A DNA stretch of 32,000 nucleotides from Pseudothioglobus sp. nBUS_23 (lineage in GTDB: Bacteria > Pseudomonadota > Gammaproteobacteria > PS1 > Pseudothioglobaceae): NCBI RefSeq assembly GCF_051201565.1, contig NZ_CP179200.1, positions 240,001-272,000 of the forward strand, written 5' to 3'. Under the pieces are notes generated by a model, which saw nothing but the letters and a program-made list of their open reading frames with translations, ran no database searches and was not told the DNA's origin. Each line of letters starts with the position of its first letter. Positions within the stretch are counted from its first letter, which is position 1. The translations under genes were made by a program, and so were the position numbers. Of this stretch, positions 17,553-27,682 are shown piece by piece.

Positions 17553-19421
17553 ATGATTTGGATAACAAGATTATTTCCATTTTTGTTATGGATTAAAGAC
17601 CTTAGTAACCCAAAAACTCTCAAAGCTGATGTGGTGGCAGGTGCAACTGTTGCTTTCGTTTTAATTCCTCAATCAATGGCTTATGCACAGCTTGCCGGGC
17701 TTGGTCCTGAGTATGGGCTTTATGCCTCTTTTTTGCCGGTACTGATTGGTGCAATGATGGGCTCATCAAGACAGCTCTCAACAGGCCCGGTTGCTGTAGT
17801 TTCTTTGCTGACAGCGGCGGCGCTTGGTGAAATAGTAACTGATCCTGCAAGCTATGCTGTCTACGCTGCTCTGTTGGCTTTAATCGTTGGGGTGTTTCAA
17901 TTTTCACTAGGCATCCTTAGGTTAGGTTTTGTAATTAACTTCCTTTCTCTCCCTGTAGTCACAGGTTTTACAAACGCAGCAGCAATCATTATTGGAACAT
18001 CTCAGCTCCCTAAAGTTTTTGGAATCAGAGTAATTAATTCGAACGACACTGATTGGGAGAGTGCGTGCCAGCCTTTAACTATTATTGAAAGAATTGAGAA
18101 AGTCGACATCAATGGACTTCATACAATTTGTAATGCTGATCAAAGTTACCAGACGATTGCAAGGCTGCTTGAGGCAGCAATCTACCATACTCATCTTCCA
18201 ACACTGGCTATGGCTATTGCAGGGGTACTAGGTATTATTATTTTTCAGCGTTATTTCCCTAGATTGCCAGCAATCTTATCGGTCGCAGTGATTTCTACTG
18301 CCGCATCCTTCTTGATTGACTATCAAGGCATGGGGGGCGCTATAGTAAGTTCAATTAACATCGAGGGATTGGTAAGTTTTAAATTACCAAGCTTTGATTT
18401 TAATGCTGTTGGAACATTATTTATCTATGCAATTACAATATCATTAATTGGTTTTATGGAGGCCATCTCTGTTGCCAAGTCAATGGCTGCAACAACGAAG
18501 CAGCGTTTAGATGTGAATCAGGAGCTCATTGGTCAGGGGTTATCGAATGTAACCTCAAGCTTCTTTCAGGGTTATGCTGTCTCGGGTTCTTTTTCAAGGT
18601 CCGCAGTGAATCTGACTGCTGGCGCGGTTACTGGGTTCTCATCTGTCGTTACAGCGATTATTGTAGGTTTGACAATTATCTGGTTAACGCCTTTACTCTA
18701 TCACCTCCCACAAGCAACGCTAGCTGCAATTATTCTGATGGCTGTTGTTAATCTGATTCATTTCTCACCCTTGAGGCATGCCTGGAAGGTTGAAAAGCAT
18801 GATGGTCTTGTTGGCCTCCTGACTTTTATAATGACACTCACTTTTGCACCGCATCTAGAAAATGGTATTGCTTTTGGGGTGATCATGTCTCTTGGGCTAT
18901 TCCTCTATAGAACTATGGAGCCTAACTTTTCAGAATTATCTGTTGAGCATGGTTCGATCATTGCCTCAAGGTTTGCTGATGAGTCAGTTGAGGTAAGTCC
19001 CTCAGTTAAAGTTGCAAAATGGAGTGGCTCTCTTTATTTTGCTAATGCTGCATATTTTGAGACAAAGTTGCTGGATTTAATAGCAAGGCATAATGATGAC
19101 TTGAAGTACATAATAGTTGATGTTGCCTCTATAGTTCAAGTTGATGCCAGCGGCGAACAGGTTTTATCGAGCTTAGTTGAGACATGCTCAAACTCTGGTG
19201 TGGAGATCCTTTTTGCCAGAACAGAAAGGCTGGAGGCAGAGTTATTTAGATCAGGATTTAAGAAGCGCTATGGGGATAATCGATTCTTTGATCTTAGAGC
19301 AGACGCCTTAAAGTATGTTTGGCAAGAGATGGAAAACCTTGAAAACGAAATCGAGGATGATAATCATACGGACGCTGAGCAAGATTTTGACATACAAAAT
19401 CCTGAACTAGAGCCAAGCTAG
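17553..19421 (+). CDS. SulP-family anion transporter with C-terminal STAS domain
   Basis: The N-terminus DVVAGATVAFVLIPQSMAYAQLAGLGPEYGLYAS is the SulP signature. There are multiple TM segments, a STAS-like region (KYIIVDVASIVQVDASGEQVL), and an acidic tail. Confidence 0.88.
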   Translation: MIWITRLFPFLLWIKDLSNPKTLKADVVAGATVAFVLIPQSMAYAQLAGLGPEYGLYASFLPVLIGAMMGSSRQLSTGPVAVVSLLTAAALGEIVTDPASYAVYAALLALIVGVFQFSLGILRLGFVINFLSLPVVTGFTNAAAIIIGTSQLPKVFGIRVINSNDTDWESACQPLTIIERIEKVDINGLHTICNADQSYQTIARLLEAAIYHTHLPTLAMAIAGVLGIIIFQRYFPRLPAILSVAVISTAASFLIDYQGMGGAIVSSINIEGLVSFKLPSFDFNAVGTLFIYAITISLIGFMEAISVAKSMAATTKQRLDVNQELIGQGLSNVTSSFFQGYAVSGSFSRSAVNLTAGAVTGFSSVVTAIIVGLTIIWLTPLLYHLPQATLAAIILMAVVNLIHFSPLRHAWKVEKHDGLVGLLTFIMTLTFAPHLENGIAFGVIMSLGLFLYRTMEPNFSELSVEHGSIIASRFADESVEVSPSVKVAKWSGSLYFANAAYFETKLLDLIARHNDDLKYIIVDVASIVQVDASGEQVLSSLVETCSNSGVEILFARTERLEAELFRSGFKKRYGDNRFFDLRADALKYVWQEMENLENEIEDDNHTDAEQDFDIQNPELEPS

Positions 19422-20161
19422 ATCTCCTTATAAAATGCTTTTATGAAATACAGCCCTTGAGGCTCTGCAGTTGGACCGGCTTTTTTTCGATCTTTGCTAG
19501 CTAAGACCGATGACATCCATTCGACACTCTTTTCACCCCTACCTATTTTTAAAAGGGTTCCAACAATGTTTCGAACCATATGATGAAGGAATGCATTAGC
19601 TTTGATGCTAAAAATCAACTCATCTTCAAATGTTTCAATCTGAATATGCTCAACCGTTTTAATGGGAGACTTTGCTTGACAGAGGCTTCCCCTAAAGCAA
19701 GAAAAATCATGTTCACCTAAAAGCAAAGCTGCTGCCTCTTTCATGTGTTCAACATTAAGAGGTCTAGGTTCCCAGAGAAAGTAATCTGCTTTGAGTGAGG
19801 ACCTTACAGGGTGGTGATGAATTTTATATTCATATAATCTAGCAAAGGCACCAAACCTGGCATGAAAGTCTTCAGTGACAACCTTAGCCCATTTAAAGTT
19901 GACATCACTGGGAAGGTTTACATTGCCACCAAAAAGCCAAGCTCTGTTTGTTCTCTTTGTTTCAGTCTCAAAATGAATAACTTGTTCAACTGCATGCACT
20001 CCAGAATCAGTCCTCCCACTACAGAATACACGAACTGGATGATTGGCTACTTTAGATAGCGCTGTTTCAACAACGCTTTGTACTGTTCGAAGGCCAGATT
20101 TTTGTATTTGCCAGCCATGATAATTTTTTCCAAAGTACTCAACACCAAGCGCAACTTTCAT
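19418..20161 (-). CDS. truA: tRNA pseudouridine(38-40) synthase
   Basis: MKVALGVEYFGKNYHGWQIQ with the catalytic SGRTDSGVHA motif. The ATG at 20161 is preferred over the TTG at 20167. Confidence 0.92.
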   Translation of the reverse strand: MKVALGVEYFGKNYHGWQIQKSGLRTVQSVVETALSKVANHPVRVFCSGRTDSGVHAVEQVIHFETETKRTNRAWLFGGNVNLPSDVNFKWAKVVTEDFHARFGAFARLYEYKIHHHPVRSSLKADYFLWEPRPLNVEHMKEAAALLLGEHDFSCFRGSLCQAKSPIKTVEHIQIETFEDELIFSIKANAFLHHMVRNIVGTLLKIGRGEKSVEWMSSVLASKDRKKAGPTAEPQGLYFIKAFYKEI

Positions 20162-20254
20162 AATCAACCATTGATTTTATTTGTTGTAAAATTAAGGTTT
20201 ACATTTTAACAAACTATTTCGACTCACTTGATGAGTCTCTTGGAAGCTATTCAT

Positions 20255-20617
20255 ATGAATGAAAACCAAAAACCGACTGGTATAAAAAAACTTTGGTCTG
20301 CCTCTGTTTACTCTGCAAAAGGACTCAAGGCTTGCTATCAATCAGAGTACGCATTTCGTCTTGAAGTTTGGTTGGCAGTCGTTTTGATACCTCTTGGCTA
20401 CTGGCTAGGGGAAAACTCTATTGAACAAGTGCTTTTAATCACTCCAATTTTTTTGGTTTTGATTGTAGAGCTGGTTAATTCTGCAATCGAGGCTGTAGTT
20501 GATCGCGTTGGGATGGAGCATCATGAACTATCAGGCTTTGCAAAAGATACAGCTTCAGCGGCTGTTCTAATTTCCTTAATCATTTTCTTAGTCACGTGGA
20601 TCATTATTCTTCTTTAA
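20255..20617 (+). CDS. dgkA: diacylglycerol kinase
   Basis: Collinear with enterobacterial DgkA (SAKGLKACYQSEYAFRLE..., VELVNSAIEAVVDRVG, HELSGFAKDTASAAV). ATG-20255 gives 120 aa and has a GGAAG RBS. The track start at 20228 is a TTG. Confidence 0.88.
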   Translation: MNENQKPTGIKKLWSASVYSAKGLKACYQSEYAFRLEVWLAVVLIPLGYWLGENSIEQVLLITPIFLVLIVELVNSAIEAVVDRVGMEHHELSGFAKDTASAAVLISLIIFLVTWIIILL

Positions 20618-21351
20618 AGAAGCGTTTAGATTATGATTTAGATTGTCACTTTTTTGACTCAATCGACAGCACCAACGCCTTTCTTGCAAATTCTCCATAC
20701 GAAACCAAGACACAGTTATGTGTTACTAGGGAACAAACCAAAGGGTATGGACAGCATGGCAGAAAATGGGCCTCACAAAAAGATGGAAGTATCATTTTTT
20801 CGATTCGAAAGAGTTTTCATGAGCATACAAATATAAATGGACTTAGTTTAGTTGTTGGGTTGGCAATAATAAAATCTATAGAGTATCAATGCCAGTCTTT
20901 TGGTCTTAAAATTAAATGGCCTAATGATATTTATTATGAAGATAAAAAGTTAGCTGGAATTTTGATGGAAAATAACATACACAATGGGAAGCAATATGTC
21001 TTAATTGGAGTTGGCGTTAACTTTAAACTATCGAATAAAATTGTAATTGATGCGCCTTGGGTTGATCTATCTAGAATTGCTAACAGGCTTCCTAATTTTC
21101 AGCATTTAACTGCCTCAATAATCAACAATATCATAGACTTTTCAGACGACTTTCAGGCGAATGGTCTTTCAAGCTTATTATCTCACTGGGAAGACTACGA
21201 TATGCTTAAAGGGGTTTTGATTAAATCAAAAGAGTCTGGTCAAGAGTTTCAAGGCAAAATTGACGGAATAACCAATCAAGGTGCGCTCAAAGTTTTAACA
21301 GAAGACGGCGTCAAAGAGCTCTATAGCTCTATGCATATTGAGTACATTTAG
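20596..21351 (+). CDS. birA: biotin--[acetyl-CoA-carboxylase] ligase, class I (no N-terminal HTH)
   Basis: FFDSIDSTNAFL, the biotin loop GYGQHGRKWAS, KIKWPNDIYY, LAGILME, and an SH3-like C-terminus. Length is 251 aa. A GTG start overlaps the end of dgkA by 22 nt. Confidence 0.85.
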   Translation: MDHYSSLKKRLDYDLDCHFFDSIDSTNAFLANSPYETKTQLCVTREQTKGYGQHGRKWASQKDGSIIFSIRKSFHEHTNINGLSLVVGLAIIKSIEYQCQSFGLKIKWPNDIYYEDKKLAGILMENNIHNGKQYVLIGVGVNFKLSNKIVIDAPWVDLSRIANRLPNFQHLTASIINNIIDFSDDFQANGLSSLLSHWEDYDMLKGVLIKSKESGQEFQGKIDGITNQGALKVLTEDGVKELYSSMHIEYI

Positions 21352-21389
21352 GGTAAGATAGCTTTCCAATACAAAGCCATTAAAATTGA

Positions 21390-22121
21390 ATGATGGGACA
21401 TCAGCTAGAAGTAAAAAATCTATATAAAAAGTATGCAAGACGTGAGGTTGTAAACGATGTTTCGTTTTCAGTTAAAGGCGGTGAAATTGTAGGATTACTT
21501 GGTCCAAATGGTGCAGGAAAGACAACCTGCTTCTATATTGCCTGTGGGCTGGTCAGATCTAGCAAAGGCGAGGTCAATTTAGATAACAAAAGTATAGGCA
21601 ACATGCCGATGCATAAACGCGCTAATCTTGGTCTTGGCTACCTTCCTCAAGAACCCTCAATTTTTCGTAAATTAAGTGTTGAAGACAACATTTTGGCTGT
21701 TTTAGAAATGAACAAATCAGTTTCTGCAAAAGATAGGCCTGGTCGATTAGAAGAGCTGTTATCTGAATTCAAAGTTGAGCATGTCCGCCACATTAAGGGA
21801 ATTACTCTCTCTGGAGGAGAACGAAGAAGGGTAGAAATTGCGCGTGCCTTGGCAATGGATCCAAAATTCATATTGCTTGATGAGCCGTTTGCAGGAATAG
21901 ATCCAATTTCAGTTGGTGATATTCAAGAAATTATTTATCAATTAAGAGACAAAGGAATTGGCATTCTAATTACAGATCATAACTACAGGGAAATGTTAGA
22001 TACCTGCAACCATTCCTATGTATTAAGTGCTGGAAAAATTATTGCTCAAGGCGGTAAGGATGAGATTTTGGCTAATGAAGAAGTGAAAAAAGTTTACTTG
22101 GGTGAGACGGTAGGTGGCTAA
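21390..22121 (+). CDS. lptB: LPS export ABC transporter ATP-binding protein
   Basis: Collinear with LptB: [63 protein letters not shown], and the C-terminal VKKVYLGE. Confidence 0.9.
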   Translation: MMGHQLEVKNLYKKYARREVVNDVSFSVKGGEIVGLLGPNGAGKTTCFYIACGLVRSSKGEVNLDNKSIGNMPMHKRANLGLGYLPQEPSIFRKLSVEDNILAVLEMNKSVSAKDRPGRLEELLSEFKVEHVRHIKGITLSGGERRRVEIARALAMDPKFILLDEPFAGIDPISVGDIQEIIYQLRDKGIGILITDHNYREMLDTCNHSYVLSAGKIIAQGGKDEILANEEVKKVYLGETVGG

Positions 22122-23136
22122 TCAAAATCTGATCACATTAGGTATTGAATCTTCTTGTGATGAAACTGGAATTGGAATTTATAGTAGCGATGATGGTCTG
22201 ATATCTCATAAGCTATTTTCTCAAGTCAAATTGCATGCAGAGTATGGTGGAGTGGTCCCTGAACTGGCGTCAAGAGATCATATTCAAAAGGCTATACCTC
22301 TTATTAAAGATGCACTCAAAGAGAGTAATGTCAAATTAAATCAACTCACCGGAATTGCATATACTGCTGGGCCTGGCTTGTCAGGCGCGCTCTTGGTCGG
22401 AAGCTCTATAGCTCAGAGCTTAGCTTGGGGTTTAGGTATTCCAGCTCTTGGTGTTCACCATATGGAGGGGCATCTTTTGGCTCCATTACTTGAATCAAAA
22501 AAGCCTAAGTTTCCATTTGTTGCACTCCTAGTCTCAGGAGGTCATACGCTGCTTGTTGATGTTCCCAGGATAGGTGAGTATAAAATTCTTGGAGAGTCAC
22601 TTGATGATGCGGTTGGCGAGGGATTTGATAAGACTGCTAAGATTCTTGGGTTGGGGTATCCTGGAGGACCTGCATTAGCAAATCTTGCAAAAAAAGGATA
22701 TAAGAATAGGTTTACTTTTCCTAGGCCAATGACAGATAGGCCAGGTCTTGATTTTAGCTTCAGTGGCTTAAAGACGTTTGCAAGAAATACCTATTTTGAT
22801 TTTCCTGATGAAAAAGCTAATATTGCTAAAGCATTTGAAGTTGCTGCTACTGAAACTTTGACAATCAAATGTAATCGAGCAATCAAACATACTGGCTATA
22901 AAACTTTAGTAGTCTCTGGAGGAGTGAGTGCAAACCTTTCTCTTCGTCAATCATTAAATCAGATGGGAACTGAAAATGATGTAAGTGTATTCTATCCAGC
23001 ACTGAATTTCTGCACAGATAATGGAGCTATGATTGCACTTGCTGGGCATTACCGACTGCTTGCTGGACAGTCTAACGAGAATTATGAAATATCTATCAAA
23101 CCTAGATGGAGCCTTGAGGAGCTCCTTCCAGTCTAG
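22114..23136 (+). CDS. tsaD: tRNA N6-adenosine threonylcarbamoyltransferase
   Basis: [33 protein letters not shown], and [13 protein letters not shown] start overlaps lptB by 8 nt. Confidence 0.93.
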   Translation: MANQNLITLGIESSCDETGIGIYSSDDGLISHKLFSQVKLHAEYGGVVPELASRDHIQKAIPLIKDALKESNVKLNQLTGIAYTAGPGLSGALLVGSSIAQSLAWGLGIPALGVHHMEGHLLAPLLESKKPKFPFVALLVSGGHTLLVDVPRIGEYKILGESLDDAVGEGFDKTAKILGLGYPGGPALANLAKKGYKNRFTFPRPMTDRPGLDFSFSGLKTFARNTYFDFPDEKANIAKAFEVAATETLTIKCNRAIKHTGYKTLVVSGGVSANLSLRQSLNQMGTENDVSVFYPALNFCTDNGAMIALAGHYRLLAGQSNENYEISIKPRWSLEELLPV

Positions 23137-23158
23137 ACATATCAGGAAACTGAACACA

Positions 23159-23186
23159 TTCAAGTTAAAAGTGCATAGAGTATAAT
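23159..23186 (+). promoter_or_regulatory. candidate sigma70 promoter for hisA
   Basis: TTCAAG (23159-23164)-N16-TATAAT (23181-23186), 40 nt upstream of ATG-23227. Confidence 0.4.
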
Positions 23187-23226
23187 TACTTCTGTAAATT
23201 GAAGTAATAAACTAAAGAAGAATTTT

Positions 23227-23964
23227 ATGATTATTATCCCTGCAATTGATTTAAAAGATGGCCAGTGCGTAAGGCTACGTAAAGGAGTTATGGAGGACAC
23301 AACGGTGTTTTCAAATAATCCAACTGAGATGGCTTCAAAGTGGGTTGAGGAGGGCGCAAGAAGACTTCATTTAGTTGATCTTAATGGAGCATTTGAGGGC
23401 AGACCTATCAATGCAGACTGTATTAACGAAATCACTAAATCATTCCCAAAACTGCCAGTCCAAATTGGAGGAGGTATTCGTGATCTTAAAACTGCAAGCG
23501 CATACATTGAGGCGGGAATTAGTTATTTGATTATTGGCACTATGGCTGTTAAAAACCCAGATTTTGTCGAAGAGCTCTGCCTCGAGTTTCCAGACAAAGT
23601 CATTGTTGGTCTTGATGCAAATAATGGTTTTGTGGCAACAGATGGATGGGCAGAGCAAACAAACATTAGTGTTGTTGAACTAGCAAAAAAGTACGAGCAG
23701 TATGGAGTCAGTTCGATTGTCTATACCGATATAGCCCGAGATGGAATGATGCAGGGTGTAAATGTAGATGCTACAGCAGCTCTTGCTGATCAAACTTCAA
23801 TTCCAATCATTGCTTCTGGAGGCATAACTAATCTGGATGATATAGCTGCACTTTTAAAAAATGCGCATCATGGAATAATTGGAGCTATTACTGGTCGAGC
23901 AATTTATGAAGGCCAACTTAACTTTAGAGATGCGCAAGCAATGAGTGATATTTATGATAGTTGA
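23227..23964 (+). CDS. hisA: 1-(5-phosphoribosyl)-5-[(5-phosphoribosylamino)methylideneamino]imidazole-4-carboxamide isomerase
   Basis: [37 protein letters not shown], and ASGGI. Length is 245 aa. Confidence 0.92.
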   Translation: MIIIPAIDLKDGQCVRLRKGVMEDTTVFSNNPTEMASKWVEEGARRLHLVDLNGAFEGRPINADCINEITKSFPKLPVQIGGGIRDLKTASAYIEAGISYLIIGTMAVKNPDFVEELCLEFPDKVIVGLDANNGFVATDGWAEQTNISVVELAKKYEQYGVSSIVYTDIARDGMMQGVNVDATAALADQTSIPIIASGGITNLDDIAALLKNAHHGIIGAITGRAIYEGQLNFRDAQAMSDIYDS

Positions 23965-24250
23965 AGTAGCATATGCTCTAGCAGAAAAGCAAAGTCTTAT
24001 TAGCCTTGAAGTTGAAGAGGGAACAACGCTCAAAGATGCTATTGAAGCCTCAGGCATCCTTGAAAAGTATAATGAAATTGATTTGTCAAAGCAGCAGGTG
24101 GGAATTTTTTCTAAGTTTGCAACTTTAGATACTGTTCTAAGAGAAAAAGATAGAGTTGAGATATATCGATCTCTTATTGCTGACCCAAAGGAGGTTCGCA
24201 AAGAGAGAGCCGCCCAGGTTAAGGCAATGAGAAGCATTAAAAAAGCCTAA
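23954..24250 (+). CDS. rnfH: RnfH-family ubiquitin-like protein (UPF0125)
   Basis: [36 protein letters not shown]...VGIFSK...[21 protein letters not shown] is collinear with E. coli YfjF/RatB. ATG-23954 is preferred over GTG-23945. It overlaps the end of hisA. Confidence 0.85.
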   Translation: MIVEVAYALAEKQSLISLEVEEGTTLKDAIEASGILEKYNEIDLSKQQVGIFSKFATLDTVLREKDRVEIYRSLIADPKEVRKERAAQVKAMRSIKKA

Positions 24251-24290
24251 ATCAGGGTAAAATACATATCAAAATATATTTATAAATTAT

Positions 24291-25145
24291 ATGAGCGAAG
24301 ACAAACCTCCGAGTAGACCATCTTTATTCAAGATATTTGATAAGTTTTTTCCTAAAACTTTAAAACCACGAGCACAACTTATGCAAGCCTTAGAAGAGGC
24401 TGAGGAAAACCTTGTTATTGATCCTTATAGTCGATCTGTAATTGAAGGCGCATTACAGGTTGAGAGTCTTAAAGTAAGGGATGTTATGGTTCCACGTTCT
24501 AAGATGATTATGATTAGCTCTGAGGCTAGTACTAAAAATCTTCTACAAATTATGGTAGCCTCTTCCCACTCTAGATTTCCTATACACAACGAAGAGCAAG
24601 ATTCTATTCTAGGGGTTATTCTGGCTAAAGACCTCCTTGCGCATTTGGCAAATAATCAAGATGATGAATTTAACTATAGAGAGTACTTGAGGGACGCTTT
24701 ATCGGTTCCAGAGAGTAAGCCATTAGGGGCTTTATTGAGGGAGTTTCAACAGAATAAATCTCATATGGCAATCGTCTTAGATGAGTATGGTGAAATTGCA
24801 GGGCTAGTGACACTCGAAGATGTGATCGAACAAATTGTTGGTGAAATAGAGGACGAGCATGATAAAGAAGAGGACAATATCATTGATTATGGTGATGGTC
24901 GATTCTTGTTACAAGCCAATACAACACTGAGTGAATTCAATGATTTTTTTGACTCAAATATAAAGAGTGATGATTATGACACAGTAGCTGGATTGGTTAT
25001 TTCAGGTTTTAGTTATTTACCTGAACAGCTCAGTGAAATTAGCCTTCATGGGTTTCAATTTAAAGTTTTAAAAACGGATAATCGAAGGCTACATTTATTA
25101 GAGGTTCAGCATCAAACTTCCGACGAAAAGCTCAAAGATAACTAA
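24291..25145 (+). CDS. corC: CorC/YbeX-type magnesium/cobalt efflux-associated protein (CBS pair + CorC_HlyC domain)
   Basis: VRDVMVPRSKMI, SHSRFPI, HMAIVLDEYGEIAGLVTLEDVIEQIVGEIEDEHD, and the C-terminal FQFKVLKTDNRR. Confidence 0.9.
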   Translation: MSEDKPPSRPSLFKIFDKFFPKTLKPRAQLMQALEEAEENLVIDPYSRSVIEGALQVESLKVRDVMVPRSKMIMISSEASTKNLLQIMVASSHSRFPIHNEEQDSILGVILAKDLLAHLANNQDDEFNYREYLRDALSVPESKPLGALLREFQQNKSHMAIVLDEYGEIAGLVTLEDVIEQIVGEIEDEHDKEEDNIIDYGDGRFLLQANTTLSEFNDFFDSNIKSDDYDTVAGLVISGFSYLPEQLSEISLHGFQFKVLKTDNRRLHLLEVQHQTSDEKLKDN

Positions 25146-25196
25146 AGCAATCTTTGATGCTTTAATTAATTGTAATCACTTAGTATAATCCCCACT

Positions 25197-26513
25197 ATGA
25201 ATCCTTTAGATCAAACAACTCAATTAGTCATTGACCTAATCAAGCAAAATAAAGCGACAGATTTTGAATTTTCAGTTGGTAGGAGTTCTGGCGTCTCTAC
25301 TGCAGTTCGATTATCTAAAGTTGAAACGTTACAATATCATTTAGATACCAGCTTTGATGTCAGTGTTTATTTTGGTAAAAATAAAGGACAAGCTTCGAGT
25401 GTTGATCTTAGCAAGGATAGTTTAAAAAAAGCGATTGAATCAGCTTGCATGATTGCTAAATATACTCAAGCTGACCCATTTAACGGACTAGCTCCAAAAG
25501 ATAGAATGGCTTGGAATGCTCCAGATTTAGATCTCTATCATCCCTGGAGTTTGGATGCTCAAGAGAGTATTGAAATTGCTAAAGAGTGCGAAGAAATAGC
25601 CCTAGAGCAGGACGAAATAGATAACTCAGATGGTGCTGAGTTGTCAAGCCATGAAGGCGAAACATATTATGCAAATTCAAATGGATTGATTACAAGTATA
25701 AAAAATACTAAGCATTCGTTGCATTGCTCTTTAATTGCTAAGAGAGACTCAGAAATGCAGACTGCTTATGAGTACTCAATTGCTCTGGACTCAAATAATT
25801 TAATGAGCCCCTCTATGGTTGGCAAAGAGGCATCTCGTTTTGCCCAAAAGAAATTGGGTTCACGAAATCTCAAGTCACAAAAATGCCCTGTTATTTTTAT
25901 TCCAAGACAGGCTTCAGGGCTCTTTTCTCAACTATTAGGTGCACTAAGTGGATCAAGGCAATTTAAAAAAACATCTTTCTTGCTTGACTCGGTTGGTAAG
26001 TCTGTAGTGACAGATTCAATCAGTATTTATGAAGATCCACTTCAGTTGAAAACTCTAGGTTCGAGATCTTTTGATCTTGATGGTGTATTAAAAAAGAAAC
26101 AATTCTTCGTTCAAAATGGAAAAGTTGTTAGCTACTTGATGGGACAATATTCAGCAAATCAGCTTGGGCTAGAAACAACTGCAAATGCTGGTGGAGTGAG
26201 TAATTGCCAGGTCGAATCAAACTTTGATGGAGGGCTCGAAGAATTAACTAAGATCATGAATAAAGGTCTTATTGTGACCGATTTGATGGGGCATGGCGTC
26301 AATGCTACAACGGGTGACTATTCGCGAGGAGCGAGTGGTTTTTGGGTAGAAGGTGGACAGATTCAATATCCTGTGTCAGGGGTTACGATTGCAGGTAATC
26401 TGAAAACGATGTTAAAAAATATAACCTATGTTGGAAATGATATTGACCTCAGAAGTAATCTGAAAGTTGGCTCCACACTCATTAATGAAATGACTATCGC
26501 TGGGGAAGGGTAA
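25197..26513 (+). CDS. pmbA: metalloprotease PmbA (TldE)
   Basis: Collinear with E. coli PmbA through to the C-terminus (GDYSRGASGFWVEGGQIQYPVSGVTIAGNLKTMLKNI...VGNDI). Confidence 0.92.
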   Translation: MNPLDQTTQLVIDLIKQNKATDFEFSVGRSSGVSTAVRLSKVETLQYHLDTSFDVSVYFGKNKGQASSVDLSKDSLKKAIESACMIAKYTQADPFNGLAPKDRMAWNAPDLDLYHPWSLDAQESIEIAKECEEIALEQDEIDNSDGAELSSHEGETYYANSNGLITSIKNTKHSLHCSLIAKRDSEMQTAYEYSIALDSNNLMSPSMVGKEASRFAQKKLGSRNLKSQKCPVIFIPRQASGLFSQLLGALSGSRQFKKTSFLLDSVGKSVVTDSISIYEDPLQLKTLGSRSFDLDGVLKKKQFFVQNGKVVSYLMGQYSANQLGLETTANAGGVSNCQVESNFDGGLEELTKIMNKGLIVTDLMGHGVNATTGDYSRGASGFWVEGGQIQYPVSGVTIAGNLKTMLKNITYVGNDIDLRSNLKVGSTLINEMTIAGEG

Positions 26514-27682
26514 TCAATAATTTTGATGTTGTTATAATCGGCGGTGGTATTGTTGGACTATCCATGGCTGCTGAGCTTGCCAACAAGATGACTCTCAGCA
26601 TCGCTGTGATTGACCCAAATGATTTAAATCCAACAATCAGTCCAAAATTTCATACCCGAGTGAGTGCTATAACACCAGCCTCAATAGACTTTTTGAAATC
26701 GATCAATGTATGGAATGAGTTAGAGAGAAAGAATGCTTTTGAGGCAACCAAAGTGTGGGATCAGAATTCACATGGTCGGCTAAACTTTCATGCGAAAGAT
26801 GAGGGAATGGAATACTTAGGTTACATTGTTGAAAATGATGTGATTCAATCTGCTCTCTATAGAGCAACTGAACCATCAACTACCGCCATGATTCAGGCCA
26901 GTTTAGTTGAGCTAATTGCTAATGATGTTGGCTATCAAGTTGTTCTAAATAATGGCCAAACCTTGTCTTGCAAATTATTGATTGGAGCAGATGGCCCCCA
27001 ATCAAAAGTCAGAAGTTTAGCCAATATAGAGTTCAAGGAGCAGAACTATAACCAAGCAGCTATCATTGCTAATGTTTTAACTGAAAAGCCACTCAATAAA
27101 ACTACTTGGCAAAGATTTTTATCGGATAGCATTCTTGCTTTTTTACCGTTATCGGATCATCAAGCATCGATTGTGTGGTCTTGTAAAAATTCTTTAGCTA
27201 ATACACTTGAAAAACTAGATGATATTGCATTCAATAAACGCATTACAGAAGCTTCAGAGTATCAATTTGGTTCACTAGAACTTCAAAGCAGTAGGAAATA
27301 CTTTCCTTTGGTTGCAAGGAGTGCAAATCAATACGTTCTTGAGAATCTTTCCTTGATTGGCGATGCAGCCCATAACATTCATCCTCTAGCAGGCCAAGGA
27401 GTAAATTTAGGGTTTTCTGATGTAATAGAGCTAAGCAAACAGTTGCAAGCAAGCAACTCAGACACTCTGGGTGAATTCCTAGTTCTTAGGAAATACGCAA
27501 GAGCTAGAAGGCTTGATAACGAATTAATGGACAAAACCATGACGGGCCTGGATTGGGTCTATAAAGAGAATATGGAGCCACTCAGATGGCTTAGGGGTTA
27601 TGGAATGAATCTGATTGATGAGACTCCTGCACTGAAATCCTTTTTTCAAAGACAAGCACTGGGGAAGATTAAGAAAAATTAA
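26513..27682 (+). CDS. UbiH/UbiF/UbiI(VisC)/Coq6-family FAD-dependent ubiquinone-biosynthesis hydroxylase
   Basis: GADGPQSKVR and GDAAHNIHPLAGQGVNLGFSD. The FAD-binding FDVVIIGGGIVGLSMA motif is encoded in frame upstream of the track start (ATG-26564), where no ATG/GTG/TTG exists. The start given here (ATC in TAATC) is tentative. Confidence 0.8.
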   Translation: MNNFDVVIIGGGIVGLSMAAELANKMTLSIAVIDPNDLNPTISPKFHTRVSAITPASIDFLKSINVWNELERKNAFEATKVWDQNSHGRLNFHAKDEGMEYLGYIVENDVIQSALYRATEPSTTAMIQASLVELIANDVGYQVVLNNGQTLSCKLLIGADGPQSKVRSLANIEFKEQNYNQAAIIANVLTEKPLNKTTWQRFLSDSILAFLPLSDHQASIVWSCKNSLANTLEKLDDIAFNKRITEASEYQFGSLELQSSRKYFPLVARSANQYVLENLSLIGDAAHNIHPLAGQGVNLGFSDVIELSKQLQASNSDTLGEFLVLRKYARARRLDNELMDKTMTGLDWVYKENMEPLRWLRGYGMNLIDETPALKSFFQRQALGKIKKN

